From NCBI GenBank assembly GCA_951406725.2, contig OX597814.1, positions 172,050,001 through 172,114,000 of the forward strand: DNA of 64,000 bases. Direction: 5' to 3'. This document shows, piece after piece, positions 12,053 to 24,735 of the stretch; positions within the stretch are counted from its first letter, which is position 1, and each line of letters opens with the position of its first letter. Source of the DNA: Octopus vulgaris. Taxonomy: Eukaryota. A program made the position numbers and the translations under genes. A model generated the notes under the pieces. The model was given only the letters and a program-made list of their open reading frames with translations. It searched no databases and was not told the DNA's origin.

Positions 12053-13414
12053 TAAATTTAAATCATCAGAAAATGGAGAAAATTTTGATCAACAAACAAA
12101 CAAATTAACCAACATTGGTTCCAATGTTAGTCGGTGCTTACGAAAGAAATTCGGAAAATAATATTCGTCATCTTCATAGTACACTCGATCTAGTACATGG
12201 AGCTTCATCAGAGTAAATAAAATAAAATAAACAAAGGGAAGAGGAAAGAGCAGGGCCTCGAGATGAGGCCAGAAGGCTCAATATATTAAGATCATGCCAT
12301 GTTGCAGCGTGGAGCTTGAAGTCGATAGGCGAAAGAGTGAACTAGCAGTGATCTAAGGAAATTTTTATGGGTTGTTTCTATATAAGGGGGGGGGGACCAG
12401 GGAGGGAATAGCTATGAAATGAAGTTGGTACTAAAATAAGAGAGAGACTACCAATATGTCTAGAAAAAAGAATAATACTTATGATATCATAAATAGAGCT
12501 AATTAATATTTATCCAAAATAAAACTGTAGAGTTCTTATAATGGTGTACTTACTGAAATATTCTAGAGACCACCACCTGTTGCCCGTAATGGAATTAACC
12601 AAAGTCCATTCATCTCTACAATTGGTCAATTATATTTAAACCAAGGACAAAGTTAAGACGCTTACAGGGGTAGGCGTAAATAAAGAAGTAAATGAACCGG
12701 TAAATAAAAGGTGCGGGGGAGGAAACTGCGACATAAGTGGCACGAGGCCGTTTATGCCTATCTACAACATCTCAACATAACAAATAAAAATAAAATAAAA
12801 ATGAAATAAAAAGTAAAATAAAAAATGTGCCACTTATGTCGCAGTTTTCTCCCCCGCACCTTTTATTTACCGGTTCATTTTATTCTTTATTTACGTCTAC
12901 CTCTGTAACGGTCTTAACTTTGCCCTTGGTTTAAATATAATTGATCAATTGTAGAGATAGATGGACTTTGGTTAATTCCATTACGGACAGGAGGTGGTGG
13001 TCTCTAAAATATTTCAGTCAGTACACCATTTTAAAAATTCTACGGTTTTTGTTTTGGATAAATATTAATTAGCTCTATTCACGATATCATAAGTATTTAT
13101 CGACCCCGAAAGGATGAAAGGCAAAGTCGCCGAAGTCGACTTTGCCTTTCATCCTTTCGGGGTCGATAAATTAAGTACCAGTTACGCACTGGGGTCGATG
13201 TAATCGACTTAATCTGTTTGTCTATCCTTGTTTGTCCCCTCTGTGTTTAGCCCCTTGTGGGTAGTAAAGAAATAGATATCATAAGTATTATTCTTTTTTC
13301 TAGTCGTATTTGGTAAACCCTCTTTTATTTTAGTACTAGTTTCATTTCATTACTATGCACAATTCATTAGTTTGTTGATCAAAAGTTTTCTCCATTTTCT
13401 GATTATTTAAATTT
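12053..13414. repeat. Large diverged inverted duplication (foldback) with a SINE inserted in the right arm
   Basis: 12418-12743 is the reverse complement of 12827-13350 once the SINE is removed, and 12053-12100 pairs with 13373-13414. Central spacer is A-rich, about 80 bp. Confidence 0.88.
13098..13274 (+). mobile_element. 5'-truncated family A SINE with 5' inverted duplication and 15-bp TSD
   Basis: TSD gatatcataagtatt at 13083-13097 and 13275-13289. The 5' end is a perfect hairpin of about 33 bp with a 7-nt loop. Confidence 0.9.
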
Positions 13415-13618
13415 GATTCCTGATAAACTATTCTGTTGTTGTTGTTACCTGTACTCTATGAGCAGGGATAGCATAGGTAATTGATACCGATAGTAAGAAC
13501 GGATACTATTATCCCTTAGACAGTTATTACAACAGCTAACTCATCTTACCTATTTGCATTTTTTTTTTTGCATTTTTTTCCCTCTGTCCTCCCACCTCGG
13601 GATCTTTCTTTCTCCTAT

Positions 13619-13653
13619 GTTTCCGACGAAGAGCTCCGCTCGAAACGTCATAC
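13619..13653 (+). ncRNA. Minimal type I hammerhead ribozyme motif (U4C variant) in a repeat of about 180 bp ending in (TA)n
   Basis: gttt-CCGACGA-A-GAGC-tcc-GCTC-GAAA-CG-TC-atac. Same family as the copy at 28629. Confidence 0.6.
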
Positions 13654-13745
13654 CCTCCTTCTTCCCTTTTTTCCTGAGCGCCCAATAATACTTTATTTGT
13701 TCGACATCCTCGCGTTGTTGTCTTTTTGTTTTCTTGTTTGGATTA

Positions 13746-13808
<63 letters not shown>

Positions 13809-13894
13809 TATCTGACGTAACCGGTAATTCCCGGGAAAGCGGGACTTATCCCTTGGTTCCGTTCTCATAATTGTTTCACTAATCCAATAACAAC

Positions 13895-14250
13895 AATACA
13901 AATTATGTAGCCCTGAAAACGGATGTTGTGCATTTATAGAGAATAGTGAACTGTCTTACACAGGATCTTGTTTTTAAGAATTCCCAATAAGTTATGAATA
14001 CCCAAATTATTAAGTCAGTTATGTAATAACATGAAATTAGTTACCCGATAGTAAGAATTCAAATAAAGTAGCCCCGAAAAGGGCTTTAATGCGTTCCCAG
14101 AGTATATAGAACTTAGGAGGAAATACTAATAAGTTATGTGTACTAAAATCGTGAAGCATATTACGTAATAACAGGCTAAACAGATATGAGATGATAACAA
14201 TTCAAACTAAATAACTCTGAAAAGGGCTTTTGTGCACCCCCAGAAAATAT
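13895..14250. repeat. Diverged tandem repeat, unit about 150 bp, about 2.5 copies
   Basis: gtagccc(t/c)gaaaa(c/g)gg..aataagttatg..gtaataaca recurs at about 13908, 14068 and 14211. Confidence 0.6.
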
Positions 14251-14600
14251 TACCCTCAGAGCGCTAGTGTTGGTATATTCGTGAATAATTCACTAACAGA
14301 AATAAATGGATCTATTGTTTAGAAAAATACTATTTACTTGTTTAAGGGTTGTACTGGATAAATTGCGAAAATAACTAACAGTTCAAATACTAAGAAATAA
14401 GCATACTCAATTTCATTTTTACCAAATACTTGGCTATATATAAGGATCTCTTCCAGGGGCTCTATTATCTATTTTTCCAGAAATAAGTTTTACTCACATG
14501 TCATGTTTCATTACAATCGATAAAACGATGTAGGAGGAGTTAGCTAACAACACCACAAACAAAATTTCCCATATATGTAGCATATATATATATATATATA

Positions 14601-14777
14601 GCCACTACACACATTTTTTTCTCTCCTTGTTTCTCTCCTTGTTTTTTCTGTGTCCCTTTCTGTAGAAGAGCGTAGGCTCGAAACGTAAAAGATTTTTCTA
14701 TTCCTGAGCTTTAAACTAATACATCTGTTTGTTTTGTACACCACCTGTCTTCGTCTTTTGTTTTTTTCGTAACCTCT

Positions 14778-14780
<3 letters not shown>
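14601..14780 (+). mobile_element. Element of about 180 bp embedded in (TA)n, carrying a minimal hammerhead-like motif (14656-14691)
   Basis: (TA)n on both sides. Motif cttt-CTGTAGA-A-GAGC-gtag-GCTC-GAAA-CG-TA-aaag, with an A6U core deviation. Confidence 0.6.
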
Positions 14781-14848
<68 letters not shown>

Positions 14849-15877
14849 TATATATATATATATATATATCAAACTTACTTGGAAAAGGATGCGTGGCGTT
14901 CGATCATATAATAATCAAAATAATATGTAATTATATGCATATATACATACGTATACATACCTACACATATATGTATATATACATGTATATATGGGTACAG
15001 GACATCAAAAAACCTTTGAACACAATGAGAAACGAAAACATAAAAACAAAAACATAGAAACAAACATTTTTTCGAACAACGAAAAATACAAAGAGAAATG
15101 AGACATACAACATAAAAAAAATATTCCCCTTCTTCAGTAGTCACTGTTTCATCTACTCCGCGTTCGAAGGCAAGGACAAGACGCGACTTAGTTGAAACAG
15201 TCCTTCCCGCAAGCAAATTAAATAAAATTTGGGATTTTTTGCGGAGAGTGAAAGTGGTTACAAGAAGAGGATAGTGAGAACAAAACAGTAAAAACAAACG
15301 GTGAAGGCTGTTAAGCCAAGACGATAGAAAAATTATTATGAACGCTAGGAACACGAGCTTATGAAGGAGACAGTATAAGCACGTTTTGTCTTTACGAAGG
15401 TTGTGGGCAGAAAGATAGATTCACTTTCGTCACGTGTCAGCGACGAGAGAGTCGAGGAGGAGGAGTGAGAGAGAGGGAACAGTGAAGAGGAGAGGAGAAG
15501 AATAGGGAAGGGTGAGAGAGAAAACTAGAAAGGATGAAGAACAAGAGAGGGAAAGAGATAGACAGAGAAGAGATAGTAAAGTTATGACCTGACCAAGAAT
15601 TATTGTTTTCGTTTCATCATGGCTTCCTTCTGAAAATGGTGGTATAAGAGAAAACTCAAAGACTAACAACTAAGAGATTCAATCAAATAAACTAACTATT
15701 CTACCGGCAATGGGTAATTTTCCTCGGTGTATACAACTCAATAAAATTCAACATCGTTGAGTTATATAGCTCTATACAGCTGAGTTATGATCTGTAACAG
15801 CTGGAGGTTAACTATATTTCATCTTGTCTGGATAGCTTAGTTATACCGAATCGATTTTTAATAAAGACTTTTATTGC

Positions 15878-16479
15878 AGACGCGGTTGTATGGTTTAGAA
15901 GCTTGTTTGGCAACAACATGGCTTTGCGTTCAGACCCACTGAACGGTACCTCGGATAAGTGTCTTCTCCTATAGCTTCGGACCGACAGATGTTTCCTTCT
16001 ATGAATTTGGAAGAGGGAAACTGTGAGAAAGCCCGTAGTGTGTGCGTGTGTGTATTGTGTGTGTGTGTGTATATTGTGTGTGTATTGTGTGTGTGGAGGC
16101 GCAATGGCCCAGTGGTTAGGGCAGTGGACTCGCAGTCATAGGATCGCGGTTTCGATTCCCAGACCGGGCGTTGTGAGTGTTTATTGAGCGAAAACACCTA
16201 AAAGCTCCACGAGGCTCCGGCAGGGGATGGTGGTGATCCCTGCTGTACTCTTTCACCACAACTTTCTCTCACTCTTACTTCCTGTTTCTGTTGTACCTGT
16301 ATTTCAAGGGGCCGGCCTTGTCACTCTCTGTGTCACGCTGAATATCCCCGAGAACTACGTTAAGGGTGCAGGTGTCTGTGGAGTGCTTAGCCACTTACAC
16401 GTTAATTTCACGAGCAGGCTGTTCCGTTGATTCGGATCAACCGGAACCCTCATCGTCGTAACCGACGGAGTGCTTCCCC

Positions 16480-16550
<71 letters not shown>

Positions 16551-16735
16551 GGATTTGTCCCTTTCACGCTTGACAGGCGGAATTAATATATTTACGTTTC
16601 CGTAGTGGTTTGGTAGAGGAAACCGACAAAGTAAGTACCAGACTTAAATAAGAACTGGTGTATATTTGTTCAACAAAAAACCCCTTCAACGCGGCACACC
16701 ATCATGGTAGCTGTTCAGCATCTGAAACAAGTAAA
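15878..16735 (+). mobile_element. Diverged family B SINE split by a family C SINE inserted in its internal (TG)n tract
   Basis: 5' half about 15878-16040 and 3' half about 16550-16735. Confidence 0.7.
16093..16476 (+). mobile_element. tRNA(Arg)-like SINE family C, tail type 1 (resembles octopus OR-type SINEs)
   Basis: Head gtggaggcgcaatggcccagtggttagggcagtggactcgcagtc..ggtttcgattccc with A/B boxes. Tail ..gttgattcggatcaaccggaaccctcatcgtcgtaaccgacggagtgc. The OR name is from recall and unverified. Confidence 0.8.
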
Positions 16736-17604
16736 AAAAAATATTGTTACTTCTCTAGTGGACCCCGAATCAACTCTCATATAGATTTGTTTTCATAATT
16801 AAATTTTCAAGTTAATTGACTAAGTAATCCTGATATGATCACGTGATCGTATATGATTTTGCTGACATGATACATTTTAATTTATTTTAATTTACTTAAT
16901 TATAGAAGATACTGCTAGCTCGCTTTTTATTCAATTGCTGACGTGTGTAATTCAATTATTTTGAGTAGCATCTTCAATTACATTGATCTCAACAATTCAT
17001 ACACACACAAATTAATAAATCTATTTTTCATAAATATTTTTAATTATCCACTCGATCGATTGTATTAATCGATATTTACTTATTAATGGTATTTACTTAT
17101 TTACTTGATAAACAGATTAATTGCTCCTATAACATAATCAATTAGTGATTATTAATAAATAGTTTTATCTAGTTGAGTTATATAGCTATGTATATATACA
17201 TATGCATGTCCATATGTATAAGTGTGTATGTGTATATACAGATATGTATGCAAGTATGTTTGCTTTTATATACATACATACTTACATACATGAATATACA
17301 TACATACATACATACATACATACATACATACATACATACATACATAGATACATACATACATATATATATACACATATAAAGACACATATACATACGCACT
17401 CAAAAATATATGCGCGCATGTATATATGCACGTGTGTGAAATTGTATATAAATTAAATGTTCTTTATTAATTTTTTCCATCCCTTACTACCCATTTATCT
17501 GTTTTTATTCACCATTTAGACATTGATTTTTCTTACTAATCAACTTATTCAGTCCCCTTACGGAACTTCATATTCTTTTTCTTTCTTCTTTTTTCTTTTT
17601 TTCT

Positions 17605-17992
17605 TTTTTACTTGTTTCAGTCATTTGACAGCGGCCATGCTGGAGCACCGCCTTTAGTCGAGCAAATCGACCCCGGGACTTATTCTTTGTAAGCCCAGTA
17701 CTTATTCTATCGGTCTCTTTTGCCGAACCGCTAAGTGACGGGAACGTAAACACACCAGCATCGGTTGTCAAGCAATGCTAGGGGGACAAACACAGACACA
17801 CAAACACATACATATATATACATATATACGACAGGCTTCTTTCAGTTTCCGTCTACCAAATCCACTCACAAGGCTTTGGTCGGCCCGGGGCTATAGCAGA
17901 AGACACTTGCCCAAGATGCCATGCAGTGGGACTGAACCCGGAACCATGTGGTTGGTTAGCAAGCTACTTACCACACAGCCACTCCTGCGCCT
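17605..17992 (-). mobile_element. SINE family B, full length, young
   Basis: Near-identical to the copies at 20040 and 27833. Confidence 0.92.
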
Positions 17993-18144
17993 ATATTTTT
18001 TACTTTCTATTTTTCATGCCTTCCGCCTTTCTTCGTTTTCTCTTCTCTCATTTGTGGTAAAAAATTTTCGCTTTGCAGCTACGTACTTCTCTGTTCGATC
18101 CCATTTCGCGGTATCTAGAGTAAGCGTACTTACTCTATCTAGAT

Positions 18145-18477
18145 CAGTGGTTCTCATCCGAGGTCCATATGGCCCCTCAGGGTCTATATAAGATTGGGGG
18201 CGGGGAGACCACACAGTAAAATAGTAAATTGGAGATCCACTAAAATATTCTAAGAAACCTTGAAAAATTTTTGCTTTAAAAAAACCAATGCTTTAGTGTG
18301 TATTGCAAGAAACAGCTAAGTTTCTTTCTCTAACATTCTACATAGTTTTCCATATACACAACTCAATGTGTGAAAAACTAAATAGCAATTTGTAAAACTA
18401 GTTTTTAAACATCGTATGCCTATGGAGATCAACCAGAATAAAATAGAGAACTTAGGGATCCATAGGTAAAAACCCTG
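18145..18477 (+). mobile_element. hAT/Charlie-like (MER5-type) MITE, decayed
   Basis: Starts CAGTGGTTCTCA, has internal g(a/g)(a/g)tcca motifs, ends ..aaccctg. Imperfect 8-bp flanks atctagat / aaccagat. Confidence 0.55.
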
Positions 18478-18669
18478 AACCAGATGATGGTTCACATAAC
18501 AAACAATCAGGCCACTCACTCTGTGGTAAGCACGGAGACCCGATCACCTGTCTGAATGTATTTCATTATCTTAAAGCCTTTCTCGCTACTTAAATATAGA
18601 GTTTGGACATGTAAGAAACAACAGTTAAATTTCCTTCAAATCGCATTGTTGATCCATAAAGAAGGAAAT

Positions 18670-19160
18670 ATGCATTCTTCCTACTATAGGCACAGAAGAA
18701 CAAAATTTTTAGGATGTTAGGGCTAGTTGATTACATCGACCTCAATGGTCAAGTGGTACTTATTTTTTCGTCCCTCAGTCTCGATCTCAGTGGAGTCTGA
18801 ACTCAAAACGTACAGCCGGAAAAACTCTGGGGGACAAGCGATCCTGCCAGTTAGCTGCCGTAGATATATATATATATATATTAGTTTCAAATTTCGACAC
18901 AAAGCCAGAAGTTTGGGGCGAGGAGCTAAGTCGATTACATCGAGCTCAGTTCTTGATTGGTTCATAATTTATCGACCCCGAAGTCGATATTTACTTATTA
19001 ATGATATTTATTTATTTACTTTATAAACAGATTAATTGCTAGTTGAGATTAATTGCTAGAAAAGTAAAGTCGATCTAGAGGGAATTTGAACTCAGTGTGT
19101 GAAGACGGACGAAATATCGCTAAACATTTTGCCGGGTGTGCAAACGATTCTACCAGCTCA
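18670..19160 (-). mobile_element. Diverged family A SINE pieces
   Basis: Reverse-complement family A core and tail motifs. Confidence 0.7.
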
Positions 19161-19185
19161 CAGATGGCAAATGTATGGAAGTATA

Positions 19186-19398
19186 TGATGGAGTGCTGAA
19201 AAGTTCCTGGCTTTAATGGTGTCGCGAAAAGCCTGGTTAGAGGCCCAGCCTTACAAGTTCTTTTACAGGACTTAGAAAATCTGAAGGACCATTGCAATAA
19301 GTGTGTGAATCTGAGAAGGGAATATGTTGAATAAAATCGTAATTAACTGATCTTCGTGTATTTTTCCCCAAAGCCATGAACTTTTCAGCGACATCTCG
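19186..19398 (+). mobile_element. Non-autonomous mariner deletion derivative
   Basis: TA flanks. TIRs ..gctgaaaagttcctggcttt / aaagccatgaacttttcagc..cg. Encodes a mariner C-terminus GLENLKDHCNKCVNLRREYVE*. Confidence 0.8.
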
Positions 19399-20039
19399 TA
19401 TATTGGTTTCAAATATTTTGGCTCAAAGCCAACAACTTTGGGGCAGTGGTAAATAGATTACATCGATCTACTTGCTCAACTGGAACTTATTTTACCAACC
19501 CCAAAAGGATCACAAAGTCAAACCCGGCGGAATTTTGAAATCAGAACTTAAAGATAGACGAATTGCCGCTAAGCAATGGGTGTATATATATCAATGTCAA
19601 TATAGATATTTTATGTGTCTGGAAAGAAAAGCTAGGATGGGTATGGTTGGAACGCCTTCAATCATAAGTGACTTCGATCATGTCTGACTTGATTGTCAGA
19701 AAGGACTAAAACACACACACAAAAAAAGAAAAACTAATCCAATTTTACGATTTCTTTTTCCTTAATTTTCACAAATCTGTGAGGACAAGTAAAATGGCGT
19801 GGATACTTCTTTGATAAAGACACAGAAAGAAAAAATAAGGAAAAAAAGAGAAAAAAACATTTTCAGTAAATCTGCATCTGTCCTTTATTGGTTTTTTCAC
19901 TAATATTGCTCTTATATTTTATGTTTCATTTCATAGTTTTAATTCTTAAGCTTTTATTTCTTATCTATCTCCTTCTTTCGCCATTCATTAGTCCTATTTT
20001 AACTTTATTTTAACATCACTGAAAATACTCTTTCTCTCT

Positions 20040-20404
20040 TTCTCTTTTACTTGTTTCAGTCATTTGACTGCGGCCATGCTGGAGCACCGCCTTTAGTCGA
20101 TCAAATCGACCCCGGAACTTATTCTTTCTAAGCCCAGTACTTATTCTATCGGTCTCTTTTGCCGAATAACTAAGTGGCGGGGACGTAGACACATCAGCAT
20201 CGGTTGTCAAGCAATGCTAGGGGGACAAACACAGACACACAAACACACACATATATATATACATATATACGACAGGCTCACAAGGCATTGGTCGGCCCGG
20301 GGCTATAGCAGAAGACACTTGCCCAAGATGCCACGCAGTGGGACTGAACCCGGAACCATGTGGTTGGTTAGCAAGCTACTTACCACACAGCCACTCCTGC
20401 GCCT
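20040..20404 (-). mobile_element. SINE family B with small internal deletion
   Basis: Matches the 17605 copy. Confidence 0.9.
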
Positions 20405-20689
20405 ATTGTTGCATTATAAGAAAAAAACATTACATTATCATCATCATCATCATCGTCGTCGTCGTCGTCGTCGTTGTTGTCGGTGCGATTGTTTCATTTT
20501 CTTTCAGATTCATTCGTGAAGGTTTCTAAACCAGAATTTCATTAGATAAGATTGTTGAACTTTTTCTATTCTGTTAGCCTGAGTAAACATTACATCAACG
20601 CCATTATTAAGTCAATCCTCCTACACTTCATTTTCTAAATTCTCTCCTTGCGCGCGCGCGTGCACAGACGCACAAACACACACACGTAT

Positions 20690-20691
20690 GA

Positions 20692-20724
<33 letters not shown>

Positions 20725-20819
20725 CTAAAAAATAAGTGTGACTGAAAGAAAGTAAAGAGAAACAAAAATAGAGAAATGCATTGTGAGTTGTGTGTATAAG
20801 TGAGTATGTGTGTGTGTAT

Positions 20820-20850
<31 letters not shown>

Positions 20851-21392
20851 CAAACATACATATATACGTACATATACATATATACATGCATATATATATT
20901 ATATGTGCATATATATATACATACATATATACGTGCATATATACATAATATATACATACATACAGGCATACATATATATGCATATATACGTACATATATA
21001 CATATATATACATACATACATATATATATGCATGCATATATTCATACATATATACATACGTATATATACATACATATATATACACATATATATATATACA
21101 TACATATATATATACATGCATGTACACATACGTATATATACATACATATGCACATACATATATACATACATATATATACATATACATATATATCTATACA
21201 TATATATATATACATATATACCTATACATATATATAAATACATATATATATACATATTTATGTATATATATATATATATATGTGCGTACATATATATAAA
21301 TACATATACATACATATATATGTGTATATATATACATATACACACGAATATATACATCCAAACATATATATTATACACACACATACACACAA

Positions 21393-21447
<55 letters not shown>

Positions 21448-21450
21448 AAC
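20690..21450. repeat. Long compound (TA)/(CATA)/(CA) low-complexity tract
   Basis: Directly visible. Similar tracts lie at 2555-2965, 3520-3790, 37870-38760, 43530-43920, 51480-52270 and 62500-62900. Confidence 0.95.
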
Positions 21451-23199
21451 ACCTACATAAATATTACAGAAAGATACAAGAGAAAGGAAAATGAAGCTAC
21501 GAACTAAAGAATCAACATAAGATAAAGAAAAAAACTGTAATGAAAGAAATGTAGAAAATAAGAGGGAAAAGCAGAAAAGTAAAAGAAAAGATAAGAAAAC
21601 CCTATAAAACAGTAAACAAAGAGAAAACCAGAAAAAAAAGATAGGGGTAAGATAGGGGAAAAGACTATAGTAACAAGCAACAAGAAAATAAAAGTAAAAA
21701 GTTCAAATAAAATCAGAAAAAAAAAATGCAGTCACAAAGATTGGTAGAAGAAATGAAAGAAAAGAGCAAAGGTCTAAAAAATAAAATGAAAATAAAAAAT
21801 AATGTGTAAAAGCGAGGGGAGGGGTCTGGGGTGGTGGTGACGGGTGAAGAAAATCTTGAGAAATGCAAAATACAAATGTTTCTGAAACGAATACCTAAGA
21901 TGGAGGGGAAAAAAACTGACACAGAACAGAGGAACCTGAATAAATAAATAAATGAATAAATAAATAAATATTCACGAAATAAATAGCCTATTCCTCCACC
22001 CTCCAAGTCTTGAGTTTAATGGCCCTGGGATAGCTTAACTGATCCAGCTGGTCGTTAGTGTCAGTAGTGACTAGCTCCGCCTACCTGTCGGTTCGCTACA
22101 CTCTTATTTATTATTGTGCTACTACTAATGCGTATATTTTGGGTTTTTTTTCCCTCGTCGTTCTTTTTTACTTAGATTTTCTGCCGTCCTCCTTTCCACC
22201 ACCCTCCTAAAATCCTTACACAGAGAAGGGAGGTGGGAGACCAAGATCTTATAGTCACCGTCTCACCGTAACTTTCACTGATACTACTATTTAACTTCAC
22301 CCACCACCTCCTCCTCATTTATTTCTTGATTTTTTTTTCCTTTTCTTTTTAATTCTACCCGCTAGGCGTCGTCGAATTATTTCTGCCCAAATGACTGACT
22401 GACTGACCCAGGAAATGGCAGCCATTTTAGTTGATTGCTCACTCTTTTGAAAGTATTTATTTTACTGTATAGTAAAGTCAGTCCCACGGGTTCTGTGCAC
22501 GCCTCCCACAAGCTTAACAGCGTTAAAGAGTTAAGGATTTGGGGGTAGCAAGTTAACATAAGCAGGCATTAATGATGGGAGTGGACAGAAGAAATACAAT
22601 AATGAAGAAAAGTTTAATGATGTGGAGTGAAGTTGGTTTAGTCCAAATGAGATGACTGGAGGCGAATGAATTTTGAACAATTCGGGTTTAAATACTGGAA
22701 AATTGCCTACAGACGGGGACGTACATTTTAATACTTCAAGCATGCCCTTTTTAGATGTGGCCTTGTTCTCTAATATAGTCTACTATCATTTGCAGGTCAG
22801 CCAAAAAATATGCTGTTTACATAATATAAAAGCATAAGGCCGTCCCAACGTTTGAGCCTCTGAGTAACCGTTAAAACTATTAGAAATAGCAGCCAAATTG
22901 AACTGAAATCACACCTCGCTGTATAAAACAAGGATTCGCCATGTTGGATTATGTAGTACATTGTCAATTTCTGCTCGGGACACTCAGGCTAATCAACAAC
23001 AACAAAAAGCATAGTGCAAAAGACAGTTGATATTTTCTACTTACAAAATTCTCTTGAATTTTATTGCGCTCGTACATCCCTCAGAAAAGCTAATTCCATG
23101 ATGGGAAATCAACTTAAATAATACTTGGAATGTGACACAAGTGAATTCCTAAGATACATTTTCAATCAGAACCTCATTAGTAGTAGTGAGGAGGATAAT

Positions 23200-24182
23200 A
23201 ATGGTTTCAAATTTTGGCTCAAGACAAGCAGTATTTAGGGGAGGCGGTAAATCATTACATCGACTCCAGTGCATAACTGCTACTTATTTTATCGACTCCG
23301 AAACGATGGAAGCGTAGTTGACCTGAGTGGAATTTGAACTCAGGACGTAAGAACTGGAAGAAATGTTGCTTAGCATTTTGTCCGAGATGCTAAAGTTTCT
23401 GCAGCTTGCTGTCTTAGTAATTATTTCTATTATAGGTACAAGGCTTGAAATTTTGGTGAGAGAAAGTAAAGAAACTAATCGATTGTACCAGCCCGGTGTT
23501 TAACTAGTACGTATTTTATCAACGCCGAACGGAAGGCAGAATTGACCTCAATGAAATTTGAACTAAGAACGTAAAGACGGACGAAATACCTGTTTCTTTA
23601 TTAGCCACAAGGGGCTAAACACAGAGAGGACAAACAAGGACAGACAAACGGATCAAGTCGATTACATCGAACCCAGTGCGTAACTGGTACTTAATTTATC
23701 GACCCCGAAAGGATGAAAGGCAAAGTCAACCTCGGCGGAATTTGAACTCAGAACGTAACGGCAGACGAAATACGGCTACGCATTTCGCCCGGCGTGCTAA
23801 CGGTTCTGCCAACTCGCCGCCTTAATAATTTTGATTATTTGCACAAGGCTTCAGGGAAGCGGATAAGTCGATTACATCGACCTCAGTGTTCAACTGGTAC
23901 TTACTTCATCGACCTCGAAAGGATGAAAGACAATGTCAACCTCGGCGAAATTTGAACTCAGAACGTAGCGGCAGACGAAATACCGCTAAGCATTTCGCCC
24001 GGCGTGCTAAAGTTTCTGCCAGCTCGCCGCCTTAATAATAAAAATAATGACAATATACGTGTATAATAACGGTTTCAGATTTTGGCACAAAGCCAGCAAT
24101 TTTAGGGGATTGGTTAAGTCGTTTAAAGCGGCTCCAGTGCTCAACTTATATTTATTTTACAAATAAAAAGCAATAGCCAAGC

Positions 24183-24231
<49 letters not shown>

Positions 24232-24470
24232 TGATGATAATAATAACAAGAAGAAGAATCCTATCTACGATAGGTACAAGGCCTGAAATTTTGGGGGAGG
24301 GGCCAGTCGATTAGATCGACCCCAGTACGCAACTGGTACTTAGTTTATCGACCCCGAAAGGATGAAATGCAAAGTCAACCTCGGCGGAATTTGAACTCAG
24401 AACGTAGCGGCAGACGAAGTACCGCTAAGCATTTATCCTGGCGTGCTAACGATTATGCCAGCCCACCGCC

Positions 24471-24523
<53 letters not shown>

Positions 24524-24735
24524 GTTTCAAATTTTGCCATAGGGGCAGCCACTTTGGAAGAGAGGACAAGTCGATTACATTGACCCCCTCCCCCAATGTT
24601 TTACTGGTACTTAATTTATCGATCCAGAAAGACTGAAAAGCAAAGTCGACTTCGGCAGAATTTGAATTCAGACGGACGAAATGCCGCTAAGCATTTTTCC
24701 CGGTGTACTAACGATTCTGAGAGCTCACCACCTTA
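23200..24735 (-). mobile_element. Dense co-oriented cluster of about 7 family A SINEs, including a nested young copy
   Basis: Repeated family A units with three tail types, separated by (AAT)n. The young Tx1-tailed copy at about 23591-23822 abuts ggtatttcgtc of an older copy. Confidence 0.85.

Noticed and set aside
12165-12285. Two hammerhead-like strings in the foldback left arm
   Set aside because: GAAA and/or CUGA are not intact and no stems I/III can be drawn. Kept only as a hint.
15100-15200. CTGAAGA on the minus strand near GAAAC/GAAC in a microsatellite-adjacent repeat (14990-15430)
   Set aside because: I could not draw a canonical type I, II or III fold. The element may still be Penelope-related.
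16093-16170. Apparent tRNA-Arg gene (also 29520-29598, 54530-54604, 42698-42770)
   Set aside because: No proper acceptor stem, and most continue into a shared SINE body, one with a TSD. These are SINE heads.
17775-18191. Recurrent ORFs such as [31 protein letters not shown] and NWYLFNRPRKDERQSRPRRNLNSER
   Set aside because: They are translations of SINE families B and A, not a protein family.
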